From Takakia lepidozioides (taxonomy: Eukaryota > Plantae > Bryophyta): 64,000 bases of DNA. Location: assembly GCA_030704615.1 (NCBI GenBank), contig CM060732.1:69874001-69938000 (forward strand), in the 5' to 3' direction. Positions 60,695-64,000 of this stretch are shown here, in pieces (position 1 is the first letter of the stretch; each line of letters opens with the position of its first letter). The notes beneath the pieces were generated by a model, which was not told the origin of the DNA, searched no databases, and saw nothing but the letters and a program-made list of their open reading frames with translations. The position numbers and the translations under genes are program-made.

Positions 60695-62043
60695 ATGGCC
60701 GCTTGTGCGCTGTCGACCATCGCAACTCCGGTTACGATACTTGGAGTTACATCTGTGATGCCCGCTCGCGCTGCTTCAGCAAAGCTCGCGTGCTTGAAAG
60801 CCTCGTTCTTTGGAATGAAAGAGGGGTTTGCTTACAAGGGAAAGTATGTTAACGACATCCGTCTCCAGCCAGGCGTCCGCCCAATGGCTACCTCTGCTGC
60901 ACGGGAGGGCAACGGTTCAGGAGACTCAAGCTCCAGCATTAACGTCCAGAATACCACTCCCGAGGGAGGTGTCGCTAATCGCCCAAGAGGGAGAGGAAGA
61001 GGCAGAACCGACCTCGCCACACCATTGGGGGGACTTCTTGGTAAGATATTATGTTGAGAACTATCTGAATCATCAGTTTTTCTAGTTCGTCTTTTTGCGG
61101 CGGTTTGCTTCTTGAACTTGCGCACATTGCTTTTAAAGAGTACCAAATTATCAGAAACCCAGTTAGTCCTTACTGAGGTCACAGAATATTTCAAGATAAA
61201 GTTGGAGTTCTGCTCCAGAGATTTGGAGGCAGTTGCTGCTCTTCTAGACGCACCGTTTCTAGCGAACAGAAGACTGAGTCCTGCCAGGTCCTCCACGAGA
61301 TGTTATTCGCCATGGAGTTGACTGTTCCACGTTGTTATGGCTGCAGATTTGTGGGATCCCTTCCTTTCCTCGAGGAGTCTGTTGCAGATGATGGACACAG
61401 TTGACCGCTACTTTGATGATCCTTTCTATTCCACTCCATCACGTGCCACCCAAAACACCACCACCTCAACGGCTCGCACCCCTTGGGACGTCATGGAGGA
61501 CGCGGAAGGGTTTAAGCTCCGGGTGGACATGCCAGGGCTCAGCAAGGAGGAGGTAGGCATTCAATGGTAGAATGTATTACGCATTACAGCTGGAGCTGGA
61601 GAAGTTAGGAATGTGACTATGGTTCAGATGCCTGAATGGGTGATGAAGGTACTTTTGGGTTTGGGAAGTTTTTTTTCACATCTGGTCAATAATGTATGTC
61701 CCTGTGGATTGTTGACGCACACATTCCTTTTGTGTTTGTTGCAGTTGTGTCAGTTCCTCCCATCATTAATACAATCAAATTTGTATCTGAAATGATTCAG
61801 GTGAACGTGACAGTTGAAGATGGGACTTTAGTCATCAAGGGTGAGCACAAAGCAGAAGAGAATGATGGTGAGGACAAATGGGTTTCCAGAAGCTATGGAT
61901 CTTACAGCACGCGGGTGCTTCTCCCCGACTATGTACAAGTTGATAAGATCAAAGCAAAACTTAGTAATGGAGTACTGAATGTGGTGGTGCCAAAGGTGAA
62001 GACGGAGAAGAAGAAAGCAGTCATCGATGTGCAAGTAGGCTGA
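60695..62043 (+). CDS. Plastid-targeted small heat shock protein (HSP21-like, alpha-crystallin domain)
   Basis: Exons 60695-61040 (transit peptide), 61347-61552 (DLWDPF...RSLLQMMDTVDRYFDD, the Met-rich region; RTPWDVME...LRVDMPGLSKEE) and 61801-62043 (VEDGTLVIKGEHK...SYGSYSTRVLLPD...IKAKLSNGVL). Confidence 0.92.
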
Positions 62044-62399
62044 GAAAGCTGCATGCACTGTGTGGCCTACCTACACAGCTGTGATTCAGCTGATAAACCC
62101 TGTCTCATGGTCTCTGTACAGGCGAACCTGAATTGTATCCGACAGTTTCATTAGTAGTTTCAAAGGGAATCAAGAACATTGATGTCTTAGGTTATGGGTG
62201 AGCATTCGGTGAGCTCGATGTAGTGGGTTCTGCCATTCTGGGCCATTGCCACGGCAAGGTCTCTGCAAAAATATTTACCTTGGACTGCAGCTTTGAACTT
62301 TTTGGCAATATGAGAAGCACCTAAGAGGTTTTTGAGAGCATTGCTGCTTCTTCACGTGAAAGGGTGTGCTTTTGGCTGGATATTAGCCTTAAGTTAGAC

Positions 62400-64000
62400 T
62401 CATTCCTAGTCAATATATGAAGGAAGGCAGTTTGTTTGTTTGTTTGTTTGTTTGTTAGCGTCGTTGAGATCTTCCAAACCGCGGGGCCATAGCCCTGGTG
62501 CTTGGTGCTGTTGAAAAGCCCTTGATGAGGAGTGACGCACCGGCTTGGTCTCATGATTTTTGAACCCGCAGTGTGGGAGACATGGAATTTCAAGTACTTT
62601 TGGTCCCTGGAAATTCGGGAAAAATAGCAAAGTGGGCTTTCCTGGAGCATTGATTGGTCCTTCATGTGGGAAATTTGGAATTTCAAGTACTTTTAGTTGT
62701 TGGAGATTCGCAAAAAATAGCAAAGTGAATATATCAATATACAAAGCCTCGACATGGAAGATAGTAAAAAAAACAAAGTAAGCTTTGTTGGAACAATGAT
62801 GCCCAGATCTTCCAACGGATGCATAGGGTATTTGCACTTAAATGACATTGGACACTAGAGGGCCTTTACTTAGGAGAAGCATTTGGATACATAGGAGATT
62901 GCGTTGGGCTTAGATTTCAATTCTTTACACATGGGCCTCGACAAAGGAGACGCACTTGGACTTAGATGACACTGGACACGTGGGCCAACGGTACATGCTA
63001 CCCTAGTCAATATACGAAGCAAAACGTTTGTTTGTTTGTTTGTTTGGTTTTTGGTTTTGTTTTGTTTTGCTTTGTCACTTTGAGATGTTCCAAACCGCGA
63101 GGCCCCGCCGCGGTGCATGGAACCATTGAAAGCCCTAGATGAGGAGGGTACACGGCTTGATCTCATAATTTTTGGACCTGCGGTGTGGGAGATGTGGAAT
63201 TTCAAGTACTTTTGGTCGTTGAAAATTCATGAAAAATAGCAAGATCTTGCAGCGTATCGTTGTAGTTGTAATGGGCCTTCAAAGGTGGGACAAGGGAAAG
63301 GTCTCTGGTTCAAATCTGGTCGTAGGCTTTGTGGAAAAAAAATGATGAGATATGGCTGAAACGAAATTTCAAGTACTTTTGGTCGTTGGACAATGATTGG
63401 AGCCTCTACAAGAGAGATATCAAGAGAAAGGTCTCCGGTTCAAATCTGGTCTTAGGCTTTGTGGAAAAAACATGATGAGATATGGCTAAAACAAATTTCA
63501 CGTACTTTTGGTCGCTGGACAATGATTGGGGCCTCGACAAGAGAGATATCAAAGGAAAGGTCTTCGGTTCAAATCTGGTCGTGGGAAAAAAATGATTAGA
63601 TATGGCTTGCTTCATATATTGATGCACTTGGACTTAGATGATATTGGACATTTGGGCCAACGACACAGGCTACCCTAGTCAATATATGAAGCGAGATAGT
63701 TAGTTTATTCTGTTTTGTTTTGTAGCGTTGAGATATCCTGAACTGCAGGCCAGCCTTGGTGCTTCGTACCGTTGGAAAGCCCTCGATGAGGAGGGGTGCA
63801 CCGGTTTGGTCTCATGATTTTTGGACCTGCGGTGTGGGAGATGTCAAATTTCAAGTACTTTTGGTCGTTGGAAATTCGTGAAAAATAGCAAAGTGGGCTT
63901 TCTTGGGACAATGATTGGAGCCTCGACAGGAGATATATCAATAATGATTGGTTATAATACTACTCAATAAATTGATGGAAGAAAATAAATTGGGTCTTGC
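62400..64000. repeat. Composite degenerate repeat (~600-670-bp period, at least 3 copies) with (TTTG)n
   Basis: cctagtcaatata.gaag...gatgaggag.g..cac(c)gg.tt..tctcat.attttt...gtgtgggaga...aatttcaagtactttt starts at ~62405, ~63002 and ~63673; sub-repeats at 63290-63610. Confidence 0.75.

Overview
Eukaryotic nuclear DNA from a land plant with flagellated sperm. The ciliary genes DRC11/IQCA1 and IFT80, a PLS-DYW RNA-editing PPR and short GT-AG introns point to a bryophyte, lycophyte or fern (inference). Genes, left to right: 5' part of NSE1 (-), DRC11/IQCA1 (+), an intronless TRM7/FTSJ1 (-), IFT80 (+), a TANGO2/NRDE gene (-), a frameshifted ubiquitin-like/RING-H2 gene (+), a disabled PLS-E-DYW PPR gene (+) and a plastid small HSP (+). 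Repeats include LINE 3' fragments, a foldback-type element, a gypsy gag relic, several tandem arrays and a large Mutator (MULE, SWIM-type transposase) element carrying a Ulp1-like protease gene. There is a 500-N scaffold gap at 37629-38128. Highlights: (1) four tandem OSB-type 'PDF' ssDNA-binding motifs sit upstream of the PPR-DYW deaminase, the last one in frame with it; (2) the MULE appears split by a ~14.7 kb inversion, supported by complementary transposase halves, a 9-bp target-site duplication and 3-bp microhomology; (3) a group II intron reverse-transcriptase relic resembling the cyanobacterial/chloroplast-like class lies inside NSE1 intron 1; (4) a Ubl-Ubl(LRGG)-Cys-rich-RING gene of a type I do not recognise from plants. 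Protein identities come from recalled family motifs, not database searches.
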